In this document: in pieces, positions 1-8,323 of the stretch
Layout of the letters: every line of letters begins with the position of its first letter
How positions within the stretch are numbered: position 1 is the stretch's first letter
Source: a plasmid
Length of the DNA: 64,000 nucleotides
Assembly: GCF_056746865.1 (NCBI RefSeq)
Contig: NZ_JBWKMP010000003.1
Strand: one strand, 5' to 3'
Notes under the pieces: generated by a model
Told to the model about the DNA's origin: nothing
Databases searched by the model: none
What the model saw: the letters and a program-made list of their open reading frames with translations, nothing else
Position numbers and translations under genes: made by a program

Positions 1-99
1 AAGATAGAAGCTCAATTACGAAAGGAGCAGCGTCAGTTGGTGGCGATGACTAACCAGCTATGGAACGCCGCTGTGAAAAAACGTGAGGCTTCCCTATGA
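1..99 (+). CDS. 3' end of an upstream ORF truncated by the window start
   Basis: Frame open from base 1 to TGA at 97-99; the stop overlaps the next ATG as ATGA. Sits in the slot P1 uses for lpa, but there is no motif evidence. Confidence 0.3.
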   Translation, partial: KIEAQLRKEQRQLVAMTNQLWNAAVKKREASL

Positions 100-1460
100 C
101 GTTAATTAACTGGGAAGCGCATCGAGCTAAGTTCCTGGAGTTAAGAGAAGAAACCGGGATCACCATAAAAGAATATTGCGAGCAGCATGACCTCAGCTTT
201 AACACCGCCAGAAAGCATCTCAATATGAAAAAAAATGAGGTTAAGGCGAAAGCTAAGGCTACCGGGAAAAGTACAAAACAGCGCGCAAAAAGCAGCGCCA
301 CCGGCTCAAAAAAAGAGCAAAAAAAGGCTAATAAAAGCACAGAATTTACAAAAACTGACAAATCGTTGGCTGGTGGACGGTTCCGCGCCATGCCGCAAAA
401 ACAAAATGCGGATCACAAAGAAAAGCCAAGTAATAACAACAAGATACACAAGGATGTGAAGGGATCATTTTGTGATGAAATGGGAGAAATGATCCCTAAA
501 AGCAGCGATAAAGCCCAACGAAACAAGGGATCATTGCAAATGATCCCTGATTCATCAGCTCAAAGCACCACTTTGCCTGCCACCAACGTCGCCCGTGAGA
601 TGATGAAGAACGGCGCGACTGAACATTTACGACTTGCGATACAGATGGCGCAGGAACGAGCAATTCAGTATCAGGCTATCGTTGACCAGGAAGCGGAGCG
701 ACTACAGGAAGAGATTGACGCCCTCGGTGATACACAGCCAGAGGGGATGCACCCAGGGCAGCGTCTTCTCGGACTGATCAGCGATGCGGCCTACTACATG
801 AATGACTTTATCACCAGGCTGGCAGCCATCTATCAGAACGAGCAGAAGCTACGCCAGGGGGATGAAAAACTTGCGCAGGGCGCGCGTCAGCAGGCATTCA
901 GGGAGGCTGAGGCCAGAGAAAAACTGGCGATTGCCCGCCTACAAGCCGAGCAGCGTGGCAAGGAGATTGAGTATCGCATTGGCGCTGACGCACGCGCCGC
1001 CAGGGTTATCGCCGCCGCTATACGTATGCGTGAGCGCGAGGAGCTGGATGATATAGGTGTTGCTGAATATATCGAGCGGCAGGGCGTCAGTGTCCCGGCT
1101 ATCCTGGCGGCACGAGCGGCAAAAGCGATCTCACTTCTGGAGCCTCCGGTTTCTGACGTTAACGATGTTGATGATGAGCAACTGGATAAAGAGGCGAAGC
1201 AGTTTGCCGAGCAACAAGCTGGACTCCCACAATGGCTTGCACAACGCCGGGCTGAAGTAGCGAAAATCGTTGATAGGCTTGGGATGGGGGATTACGACCG
1301 GAACGGAGAACGTAAAGCCGGTGAATTTGAGGCCAATGATGAAGACCTGAATATAGACCCTTCCGCGACGGCTGATATCTACGGTGATTATGACGCGGGG
1401 GATACCGGTTTTGATGCTGTAGATGACGAGATTGCGATAGACCAGCCGGAGGATGACTAA
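96..1460 (+). CDS. pacA: terminase small subunit (PacA-like)
   Basis: ATG at 96 with GTGAGG Shine-Dalgarno; N-terminal HTH-like segment; stop overlaps the start of the large-subunit gene (TAATG); contains the GATC-rich repeat cluster. Confidence 0.6.
   Translation: MTLINWEAHRAKFLELREETGITIKEYCEQHDLSFNTARKHLNMKKNEVKAKAKATGKSTKQRAKSSATGSKKEQKKANKSTEFTKTDKSLAGGRFRAMPQKQNADHKEKPSNNNKIHKDVKGSFCDEMGEMIPKSSDKAQRNKGSLQMIPDSSAQSTTLPATNVAREMMKNGATEHLRLAIQMAQERAIQYQAIVDQEAERLQEEIDALGDTQPEGMHPGQRLLGLISDAAYYMNDFITRLAAIYQNEQKLRQGDEKLAQGARQQAFREAEAREKLAIARLQAEQRGKEIEYRIGADARAARVIAAAIRMREREELDDIGVAEYIERQGVSVPAILAARAAKAISLLEPPVSDVNDVDDEQLDKEAKQFAEQQAGLPQWLAQRRAEVAKIVDRLGMGDYDRNGERKAGEFEANDEDLNIDPSATADIYGDYDAGDTGFDAVDDEIAIDQPEDD
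461..547. other. candidate pac site: four GATC-containing 9-mers in inverted pairs
   Basis: GGGATCATT at 461-469 and 527-535; AATGATCCC at 488-496 and 539-547; each carries a Dam site; lies in the 5' part of the small-terminase gene, as P1 pac does. Confidence 0.4.
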
Positions 1461-2968
1461 TGGCTGGTGGTCGTAAGATTAAGTGCGTCACCAGTGATCC
1501 ACGTTGGCGCGATATGGTTATCAGGTATCGATACAACTTTACCCAGGCGGTTGTCGATATTTTTGGGATGTTCCCCTCCCACCAGCAGCAGCAGATCATT
1601 CAGTCAGTGCAGGAGACGGGGAGCAGGACGACCGTTACGTCCGGACACGGAACGGGTAAGTCGTCCCTTACCGCGATGTTGCTACTAATTTTTATGATCC
1701 TGTTCCCCGACGCCCGCGTCATTATTGTTGCGAACAAAATAGGCCAGGTAAAAACAGGCGTATTCAAATACGTGAAACAGTTTTGGGCGAATGCTGTTAA
1801 GCGCCACGGCTGGTTACAGACCTATTTTGTCCTGTCTGACACCATGTTTTATGAGCGTTCCCGTAAAGGGATATGGGAAGTGCTCTGTAAAGGTTATCGA
1901 CTCGGTAACGAAGAGGCACTGGCGGGGGAGCACGCGGAGCATTTACTGCTAATCCTTGATGAAGCATCGGGCATATCCGATAAGGCGATTAACGTCATGA
2001 CGGGGGCGTTAACGCAGAAAGATAACCGTATGCTCATGCTTTCCCAGCCTACGCGTCCAAGCGGTTACTTTTATGAATCTCACCATTCAAGGGCAAAGGC
2101 AGAAGGCAATCCGGAAGGTGTCTGGACGGCAATAGTCCTTAACTCTGAAGAATCACCATTCGTTGAACCGAGCTTTATTCGTGAGAAATTGCTGGAGTAC
2201 GGCGGCAGGGATTCGCTGGAGTACATGGTTAAGGTGCTGGGCCAGTTCCCGCGTGCAATTAACGGGTATTTGCTTGGTCGTGATGAGTGCGACCGCGCCG
2301 CACGGCGTAAAGTGTTGCTGGAGAAAGATTGGGGCTGGGTAGCGACCGCTGACGTCGGTAATGGTCGCGATAAATCGGTGCTCAATATATGCAAAGTATC
2401 CGGTTATCGTGAGAAACGACGCGTTGTGAACTTTAAGATACTGGAGATGCCAGGCACTATGGACCCGTTGGCTTTTGCCGACTTTATCTATAACGAATGC
2501 ACTCCTGATAAATACCCGAACATCACCATTGCTGTGGATGCTGATGGCTTTGGTTCAGATACGTGTGCGCAGCTTGTCCGCCGTGGTGCTAATCCCGTTC
2601 GCATCCGTTGGGGTAAGCCTATGTTTGCGCTAAGAGACAGAGAACGCTTTGTCAATCAGCGTGCTTACGCCAATATTATGGCAGGGGATGCCATTAAATC
2701 CGGGCGTATGCGTATCGATAGTGACCCCAAAACCGCAGATCAGGCATCAAAAATCCCGTATATGCTTAACGAAGAAGGGAAGGTAGCGATGATGCGCAAG
2801 GAGCACATGCGGCAGAAGTTAAACATCAAGTCACCGGACAGATGGGATACCTACTGCTTCACTATGCTGGTGGATTACGTGCCTGCTAATGAAGACATTG
2901 GCGCAGAACTCGCAACATTCCGCGATCAGGTGTTGGCAGAAGTGGATATTCCTGATATTGACATTTAA
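1460..2968 (+). CDS. pacB: terminase large subunit (PacB-like)
   Basis: Walker A (TSGHGTGKSS) and Walker B (LLILDEASGI) motifs; 502 aa; translationally coupled to pacA. Confidence 0.75.
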   Translation: MAGGRKIKCVTSDPRWRDMVIRYRYNFTQAVVDIFGMFPSHQQQQIIQSVQETGSRTTVTSGHGTGKSSLTAMLLLIFMILFPDARVIIVANKIGQVKTGVFKYVKQFWANAVKRHGWLQTYFVLSDTMFYERSRKGIWEVLCKGYRLGNEEALAGEHAEHLLLILDEASGISDKAINVMTGALTQKDNRMLMLSQPTRPSGYFYESHHSRAKAEGNPEGVWTAIVLNSEESPFVEPSFIREKLLEYGGRDSLEYMVKVLGQFPRAINGYLLGRDECDRAARRKVLLEKDWGWVATADVGNGRDKSVLNICKVSGYREKRRVVNFKILEMPGTMDPLAFADFIYNECTPDKYPNITIAVDADGFGSDTCAQLVRRGANPVRIRWGKPMFALRDRERFVNQRAYANIMAGDAIKSGRMRIDSDPKTADQASKIPYMLNEEGKVAMMRKEHMRQKLNIKSPDRWDTYCFTMLVDYVPANEDIGAELATFRDQVLAEVDIPDIDI

Positions 2969-2969
2969 A

Positions 2970-2995
2970 AGCCCCGGCGATTCGGGGCTTGTGGG
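2970..2995. terminator. hairpin between convergent pacB and the leftward immunity-slot gene
   Basis: AAGCCCCG-gcgatt-CGGGGCTT stem-loop; a short T-run follows only in the minus-strand reading. Confidence 0.4.
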
Positions 2996-3005
2996 TGGCT
3001 TGCGA

Positions 3006-4043
3006 TTACCAGAGTTTTGCCGCGTACATCGTTTGTGTGAATGTGTACCCATAGCGTTCTTCAACGCTTTTACCGTATTTTTTCCTGGCTTCAGTAAGGC
3101 GGATGCCTGTCAGGTCATCGCCGGAGGCAATCATAACTTCCAGTAGTTCCAGGTCCATTTTATCCAGCCTTGCCATTGCATCTTTAGCCTCTTGAATTTT
3201 CCGGCTAACGATCTGGTGTATGGCTGGATCGGCTTCGGCCAGCATTTTATCTGATTTGTTTTTTAAACTCTGATTGCGGATATCAATGTTTCTCAGGATA
3301 TATGACTTCACGACGTAGCTTGGCTGCTGCTTTTCCAGATCACGAACCCGATAAAGGTCAAATTCGCCGAGAAGTCCGCACGGAAGCGGTTTAATGCCAG
3401 TGTAAATGGTAAGGGTGCGGCGCTCACCAACGTTGTTAACAACGGGAATCTCTGTGTTTGCTTTTTTTGCAAAGATCAGCGCACCGTGCGTACCCACTCT
3501 GAAGCGTGAAAGTCCATTGTTGCCCTCAATATTGGTGGTAATCACCACATCGGTATAACCTTCTTTTCTTGCGCGGTATACCTCGCCCTCACGTTCAGCG
3601 GCGAAGAATCTGCGTTCTTCTTCAAGCGCACCGACAACCTGTGAAAATATCCTGTTTTTCATGCTTTTCTTTATAGTTTTATCGTATTTTTTCAGCAGGT
3701 CTTCGCGCGTAAATGTTCTCGTTGTGGTTGCGCTTTGCATAACGATGTGCGTACTCTGATTAGTATCCTCAACAATGAATGGGATCGGTAAATAAACCGA
3801 CTCAACAATGTTTGAGGCTTTGTCATCATCCTTGCGACACAGATCAACAAAGGCTTTCCATTCGGCTATGCATTTTTCAGCTTCTTCTAATACAGCCGGA
3901 TCATGTGTTAATGCAACATGGCGAAATTCCTCGCCAACATAACTGGTATCATGGAAAACAGAGTTTGCGACCACCAGCTCTTTCCACCTTTCAGCGGTTT
4001 GCAGGAACCGTTTGTACTCATTCTCGATCGACTTCTTACTCAT
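3006..4043 (-). CDS. hypothetical protein in the c1 immunity-repressor slot
   Basis: Start taken at the internal ATG (plus 4041-4043) with AGGAA Shine-Dalgarno; operator-like motifs lie just upstream; position between pacB and rox/dre matches P1 c1; no recognised domain. Confidence 0.5.
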   Translation of the reverse strand: MSKKSIENEYKRFLQTAERWKELVVANSVFHDTSYVGEEFRHVALTHDPAVLEEAEKCIAEWKAFVDLCRKDDDKASNIVESVYLPIPFIVEDTNQSTHIVMQSATTTRTFTREDLLKKYDKTIKKSMKNRIFSQVVGALEEERRFFAAEREGEVYRARKEGYTDVVITTNIEGNNGLSRFRVGTHGALIFAKKANTEIPVVNNVGERRTLTIYTGIKPLPCGLLGEFDLYRVRDLEKQQPSYVVKSYILRNIDIRNQSLKNKSDKMLAEADPAIHQIVSRKIQEAKDAMARLDKMDLELLEVMIASGDDLTGIRLTEARKKYGKSVEERYGYTFTQTMYAAKLW

Positions 4044-4060
4044 TATTCCTACTCGATTTA

Positions 4061-4157
4061 GTTTTCTAACATAAAAGTCCTGTGACAAATTTATGCTGAA
4101 TAACAAGGTGAGTAAAGGATAAAACCGCTTTTTTTTGATTGTTCCTATTAGAAAATG
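4061..4157. promoter_or_regulatory. two operator-like motifs upstream of the immunity-slot gene
   Basis: GTTTTCTAACA at 4061-4071 and ATTAGAAAATG at 4147-4157; same motif family as the palindromes at 24565 and 35913. Confidence 0.4.
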
Positions 4158-4239
4158 TAACCAGGAGCGGCTACCGCATGGCTGACGGATTTGCGAAGTG
4201 ATCTGGTCGGTGTTTTTTTGGGAAAAAAGTTCCGATTTC

Positions 4240-4271
4240 TAACTTTAAATAATTGGCATTATTTAAAGTTA
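4240..4271. other. rox recombination site (Dre target)
   Basis: TAACTTTAAATAAT-TGGC-ATTATTTAAAGTTA: perfect 14-bp inverted arms around a 4-bp asymmetric spacer; its reverse complement matches the rox site as I recall it; 152 bp upstream of dre. Confidence 0.85.
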
Positions 4272-4423
4272 GGCTATAATCTCCAGTAAACAGGCAGTAT
4301 TGACAAGGATGAAAAATCATGCCTCGAATCAAAGGCTTGAATTTTGAAAATTAACTTATAACTACCCTGTCAGTTTTCTATTTTTCACGTAGCGTTATCT
4401 GTATATAGAGGTTTAATAGTTTC

Positions 4424-5452
4424 ATGGGTGAACTAGTTATCTCCGGCGGTTCTGGTGGTTTTCTGCGCGATATTGGCACCGAATACCAGGAAGCTGCAAA
4501 AAACTTTATGCAGTTCATGAACGACCAGGGAGCTTATGCTCCAAATACGCTTCGAGATCTCCGTCTGGTGTTTCATTCCTGGGCGCGGTGGTGTAATTCG
4601 CGCCAGCGCCCCTGGTTCCCGATTACGCCGGAAATGGCCCGCGAGTATCTTCTCCAGTTGCATGAGGCCGATCTGGCCTCGACCACCATTGATAAGCACT
4701 ATGCCATGCTTAACATGCTGCTTTCGCAATGTGGCCTCCCGCCGCTGTCGGACGATAAAAGTGTGTCTCTGGCCATGCGGCGCATCCGGCGCGAAGCGGC
4801 AACGGAAAAAGGCGAGCGAACAGGCCAGGCTATACCGTTGCGGTGGGATGATCTGAAATTGCTCGACGTGTTGCTGTCCCGTTCCGAGCGGCTGGTGGAC
4901 CTGCGCAATCGGGCGTTTCTCTTCGTGGCATACAATACCCTGATGCGTATGTCAGAAATCTCGCGCATCCGCGTCGGAGATCTGGACCAAACAGGTGACA
5001 CTGTAACGCTGCATATTTCACACACGAAGACCATCACGACCGCCGCCGGACTTGATAAGGTGCTTTCTCGTTACACTACCGCCGTACTGAACGACTGGCT
5101 GGAGGTGTCCGGACTTCGAGAACATCCGGACGCGGTGCTATTCCCGCCAATACACCGCAGTAATAAGGCCAGAATCACGACAACGCCCCTTACTGCACCT
5201 GCAATGGAGAAAATATTCAGCGATGCCTGGGGGTTGCTGAACAAACGAGATGCCACGCCGAACAAAGGAAGATACCGGACGTGGACAGGCCATAGTGCGC
5301 GTGTTGGTGCGGCAATTGATATGGCTGAGAAACAGGTGTCAATGGTCGAGATCATGCAGGAAGGTACATGGAAAAAGCCCGAAACACTTATGCGATATTT
5401 GCGCCGTAGCGGGGCATCCGTTGGTGCAAATAGTCGCCTGATGGACTCATAA
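4424..5452 (+). CDS. dre: Cre-family tyrosine recombinase Dre
   Basis: 342 aa, colinear with Cre from the N-terminus; RHR and catalytic-Tyr region present (TGHSARVGAA..LMRYLR); paired with the rox site. Confidence 0.85.
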   Translation: MGELVISGGSGGFLRDIGTEYQEAAKNFMQFMNDQGAYAPNTLRDLRLVFHSWARWCNSRQRPWFPITPEMAREYLLQLHEADLASTTIDKHYAMLNMLLSQCGLPPLSDDKSVSLAMRRIRREAATEKGERTGQAIPLRWDDLKLLDVLLSRSERLVDLRNRAFLFVAYNTLMRMSEISRIRVGDLDQTGDTVTLHISHTKTITTAAGLDKVLSRYTTAVLNDWLEVSGLREHPDAVLFPPIHRSNKARITTTPLTAPAMEKIFSDAWGLLNKRDATPNKGRYRTWTGHSARVGAAIDMAEKQVSMVEIMQEGTWKKPETLMRYLRRSGASVGANSRLMDS

Positions 5453-5498
5453 ATTAATTTTCTAACAACCTTTTTAGACAGTGCATTTTAATGTAAAG

Positions 5499-5527
5499 TA
5501 CCCTCGCCTATTGCGGAGGGTACTTTG
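5499..5527 (+). terminator. intrinsic terminator after dre
   Basis: GTACCCTCGCC-tatt-GCGGAGGGTAC hairpin followed by TTTG. Confidence 0.5.
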
Positions 5528-5629
5528 CACAATCGTATTACGGAATCAAAACGCTTCACTGTTGACGGTTACACCATAACCTTCACTGCGGGCGTTAAGC
5601 GCGACCAGGCGGTCGTGGTGTTCGGTGTT

Positions 5630-5869
5630 ATGACCGGACTTGATGCCGTTCCCGTATTTACCCTCGAAAAAAACTGGCGAAATCTGGAGGAAGCTGAACG
5701 CTACGTCCGGAAAGTAACCGTCATTGCTGCTGAAAAACTCCTGGCCCACTATCAGGAAAATTATCGCGCTATGACCGAGAAAATTAACCATGTTTTCACT
5801 CGCCCCACCAGCGGCTTCATTGCCCCTGATGCGAATGCCGGGCGCTATCCGGCAAGGGGGCGCAAATGA
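5630..5869 (+). CDS. hypothetical protein (start uncertain)
   Basis: The ORF track's TTG start at 5525 overlaps the dre terminator, so the first in-frame ATG at 5630 is used; stop overlaps the next gene. Confidence 0.3.
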   Translation: MTGLDAVPVFTLEKNWRNLEEAERYVRKVTVIAAEKLLAHYQENYRAMTEKINHVFTRPTSGFIAPDANAGRYPARGRK

Positions 5870-6354
5870 AAACTTACTACCCATCCCTGAACTGTTATCC
5901 AACCACTAATCCTGAGCTGTCAGGGAAACTTCTGTCCCTCCTGGCTGATAGTCCTGATGAATGGCATAAGCCTGGTGATATCAACACACAGTTCCCTGAG
6001 TACGGGTGTATCCGCACCCGAAATGAGCTGAAGAACCTCATTGCTCACGGTTTTGTCCGTCACCGTAGCGGGAAAGGCTATCAGTTGGCTATCCCACAAG
6101 GAGAGGCAAGAGAACTCTTTGGCTATCGAGAAAGCCAGACGCAAGCGCGGGTGATCGCAGAAATTATCCGTAATGGCAGCGTCTATGCCCGCAAATTCTG
6201 GCTGTCTGGCGGTGGTGATGCATCACAGTTCTTGCGTGCTGTGCGATCGCTGGAGGAACAAGGTGTTATCGAGAATACCTGCGTCTCCGTTCCGACCGCT
6301 CCGCATATCAAACGCCGGATTTATACATTTACCCGGAGAGCTAAAAAGCAATGA
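5866..6354 (+). CDS. hypothetical protein
   Basis: ATG with AAGGGGG Shine-Dalgarno; stop overlaps the dut ATG (ATGA). Confidence 0.5.
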   Translation: MKTYYPSLNCYPTTNPELSGKLLSLLADSPDEWHKPGDINTQFPEYGCIRTRNELKNLIAHGFVRHRSGKGYQLAIPQGEARELFGYRESQTQARVIAEIIRNGSVYARKFWLSGGGDASQFLRAVRSLEEQGVIENTCVSVPTAPHIKRRIYTFTRRAKKQ

Positions 6355-6845
6355 TTAACGTGAAAGTGAAACGCCTTCATCCGGCGGCAAAACTCCCCGT
6401 TTACGCCACCGCCGGATCGGCGGCGATGGATTTTGTTGCTGTTGAAATAACGCCGGGTATCGATAGCAACGGCGCTATTTCCTCAAGCTGGTGGGTGCAT
6501 ACCGGCCTCGCTATGGCGATCCCTCCTGGCTGGTGTCTGAAACTTTATCCTCGTTCCGGATTGGGCTGCAAAAAGCATACGCGCCTGGCTAACTGCGTAG
6601 GAATTATCGACTCCGATTATCGCGGTGAAATCAAAGCAAAACTGATTACAGATCCCGGTGGTGAAGGCGTTTGCCTCAAGCCAGGAATGGCGGTCATGCA
6701 AGGCATTTTTGAGCGTGTTGAACCGGTATCGCTGGTAGAAGTTGATGAACTCGATGAAACAGAGCGAGGTGCTGGTGGCTTTGGTAGCACATCGGAAGAC
6801 CGCATTGAAATCAAGCGTACACCGCTTCAGTACGCAAAGTTTTAA
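6351..6845 (+). CDS. dut: dUTP diphosphatase
   Basis: Trimeric dUTPase motifs: AGSAAMDF, YPRSGLG, GIIDSDYRGE, RGAGGFGSTS. Confidence 0.85.
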   Translation: MINVKVKRLHPAAKLPVYATAGSAAMDFVAVEITPGIDSNGAISSSWWVHTGLAMAIPPGWCLKLYPRSGLGCKKHTRLANCVGIIDSDYRGEIKAKLITDPGGEGVCLKPGMAVMQGIFERVEPVSLVEVDELDETERGAGGFGSTSEDRIEIKRTPLQYAKF

Positions 6846-6859
6846 GTAGAGGAAAGGCT

Positions 6860-7510
6860 ATGAATAACATGCCAACGAAAGAGCTTTTTAAGTTCCTTCC
6901 CAAATACAAAGCTCACAAAAACGTTAGTGCATCGAAAATTAAAAATGTTGTTATTTTCGGAGTAACTGATGCCCCACTTTGGGGCTGCATCGAACTCGTT
7001 GAACCAAAAGGGGCAACAGTTTGTGTTGACGCAATGTTTTTACAAAAACACCGACCAAAAACTGGCGGGTATCTGATCGTTTATGAAAACGGTTATCTGT
7101 TCTATGCCCCGGAGAAACCATTTGAGGAATGCTATGGCCTGGTTAACGACGCCTCCAAAAATGGAACCACGGTCATCATTACGGATGACAACGGCGTGAT
7201 GATTAATCTTACTGGGAGCGTAACTATTTCTGCTGGTGGCATCACCACCCAGCAAGAAGAAATCGACCTTGAAGCAGCCGACTTCTCTGATGCGCTAATG
7301 TGGTTGAAGGAAGGCAAGAAAGTTGCCCGACGCGAGTGGAAAGGCGAAAAGCAATTCTGCTGGTTAGTTCTCGCTGGAAGCGTCAATTTACACGGCATTC
7401 ACGTTCCTTATGGTGACCATTTTGTATTGAAAGATGCACAAAATATGGACAGCGTTTGGTTGCCGTCTGTGGATGATTTACTGGCCTGTGACTGGTTTGT
7501 TGTGGAGTGA
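6860..7510 (+). CDS. fusion protein: unknown N-terminal domain plus C-terminal DUF2829 (Tad2-like) domain
   Basis: C-terminal ~75 aa (FSDALMWLKEGKKVARREWKG...WLPSVDDLLACDWFVVE) matches the DUF2829 pattern as recalled; GAGGAAAGG Shine-Dalgarno. Confidence 0.55.
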   Translation: MNNMPTKELFKFLPKYKAHKNVSASKIKNVVIFGVTDAPLWGCIELVEPKGATVCVDAMFLQKHRPKTGGYLIVYENGYLFYAPEKPFEECYGLVNDASKNGTTVIITDDNGVMINLTGSVTISAGGITTQQEEIDLEAADFSDALMWLKEGKKVARREWKGEKQFCWLVLAGSVNLHGIHVPYGDHFVLKDAQNMDSVWLPSVDDLLACDWFVVE

Positions 7511-7516
7511 TTTAAC

Positions 7517-8323
7517 GTGGAAAATACCAAGAACATTCAATATCGCTTGCGTAACGGCCTGCTGGTGGATGTAAACGATGATATGTCCCTGCCCTTTGCC
7601 ACCATTGAGCGAACCATCCTTACATACCTGGGCTTAGACGAAGAGTTAGATAGTGAGAATGGCATTGCTATCTGGCGTGACGGAAAAACGGGAGTCAGAC
7701 GTTTTATTACGGCAAGAGGCATTCAGTGCACACAGGAAGAATTGTTTGAACTGGCGCAGTCTTATGGATGCATCGCGTTAGATCCCCTGTATGACCCAGC
7801 CATAGCACAACAACTCATTCGAGAGCTGTCGCTTTCGGTCACGCCAATAATCTTCCGCCAGGGAACCTTAACCGGCACATGGCGTGTAGAACGCATCTCT
7901 AAATATCAGCCATATAATATCCATTTGAACGGCACTATTACTGGTGTGGATCAACCAGTAGCAGGTGAAAACAAAGACCTGGAACTTGCAGTAATGATGG
8001 CAGCTTGTCGCGTGCTTGGCCTGGGCAAGCAGATGTTTATCCATTTCCCAAACGGCGCGGAAGGCGAAGTAGAGCTGATTTCCTGCGACTTTTCCTTAAC
8101 CTGGATGCTTGATGAATTCCTGGACAAAACAGTATTCCGTGCTGAAGAACTGGATATGTATGTCACCTCAAGTATTCCTAATGACGTGAAAGTTGAGGCC
8201 ATCGCTACAGCCAGGGCGAAATGCCGTGCGGCGATTGCAGAACAGGCCAAAGAAGAACAGTCCGATGAAGTCGCGGCAGATGTGGAGGCAGAGGTAGCGG
8301 AGGATGCTGATGCTGACGCCTAA
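7517..8323 (+). CDS. hypothetical protein with acidic C-terminal tail
   Basis: GTG start with GGAG Shine-Dalgarno; 268 aa; ends in an Asp/Glu/Ala-rich tail. Confidence 0.45.
   Translation: MENTKNIQYRLRNGLLVDVNDDMSLPFATIERTILTYLGLDEELDSENGIAIWRDGKTGVRRFITARGIQCTQEELFELAQSYGCIALDPLYDPAIAQQLIRELSLSVTPIIFRQGTLTGTWRVERISKYQPYNIHLNGTITGVDQPVAGENKDLELAVMMAACRVLGLGKQMFIHFPNGAEGEVELISCDFSLTWMLDEFLDKTVFRAEELDMYVTSSIPNDVKVEAIATARAKCRAAIAEQAKEEQSDEVAADVEAEVAEDADADA

Noticed and set aside
235-1599. Track ORFs inside or antisense to pacA (235-459, 802-1056, 1057-1260, 1159-1599)
   Set aside because: They lie wholly within the terminase small-subunit frame in alternative frames, with no start context; treated as frame noise.
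4240-4271. Reading the palindrome as a repressor operator or as loxP
   Set aside because: It shares the CTAAC core with the operator motif, but the 14-bp arms and 4-bp spacer match rox; it is not loxP, which has 13-bp arms and an 8-bp spacer.
4433-5441. ORFs overlapping dre on both strands
   Set aside because: Embedded in a well-supported recombinase gene.
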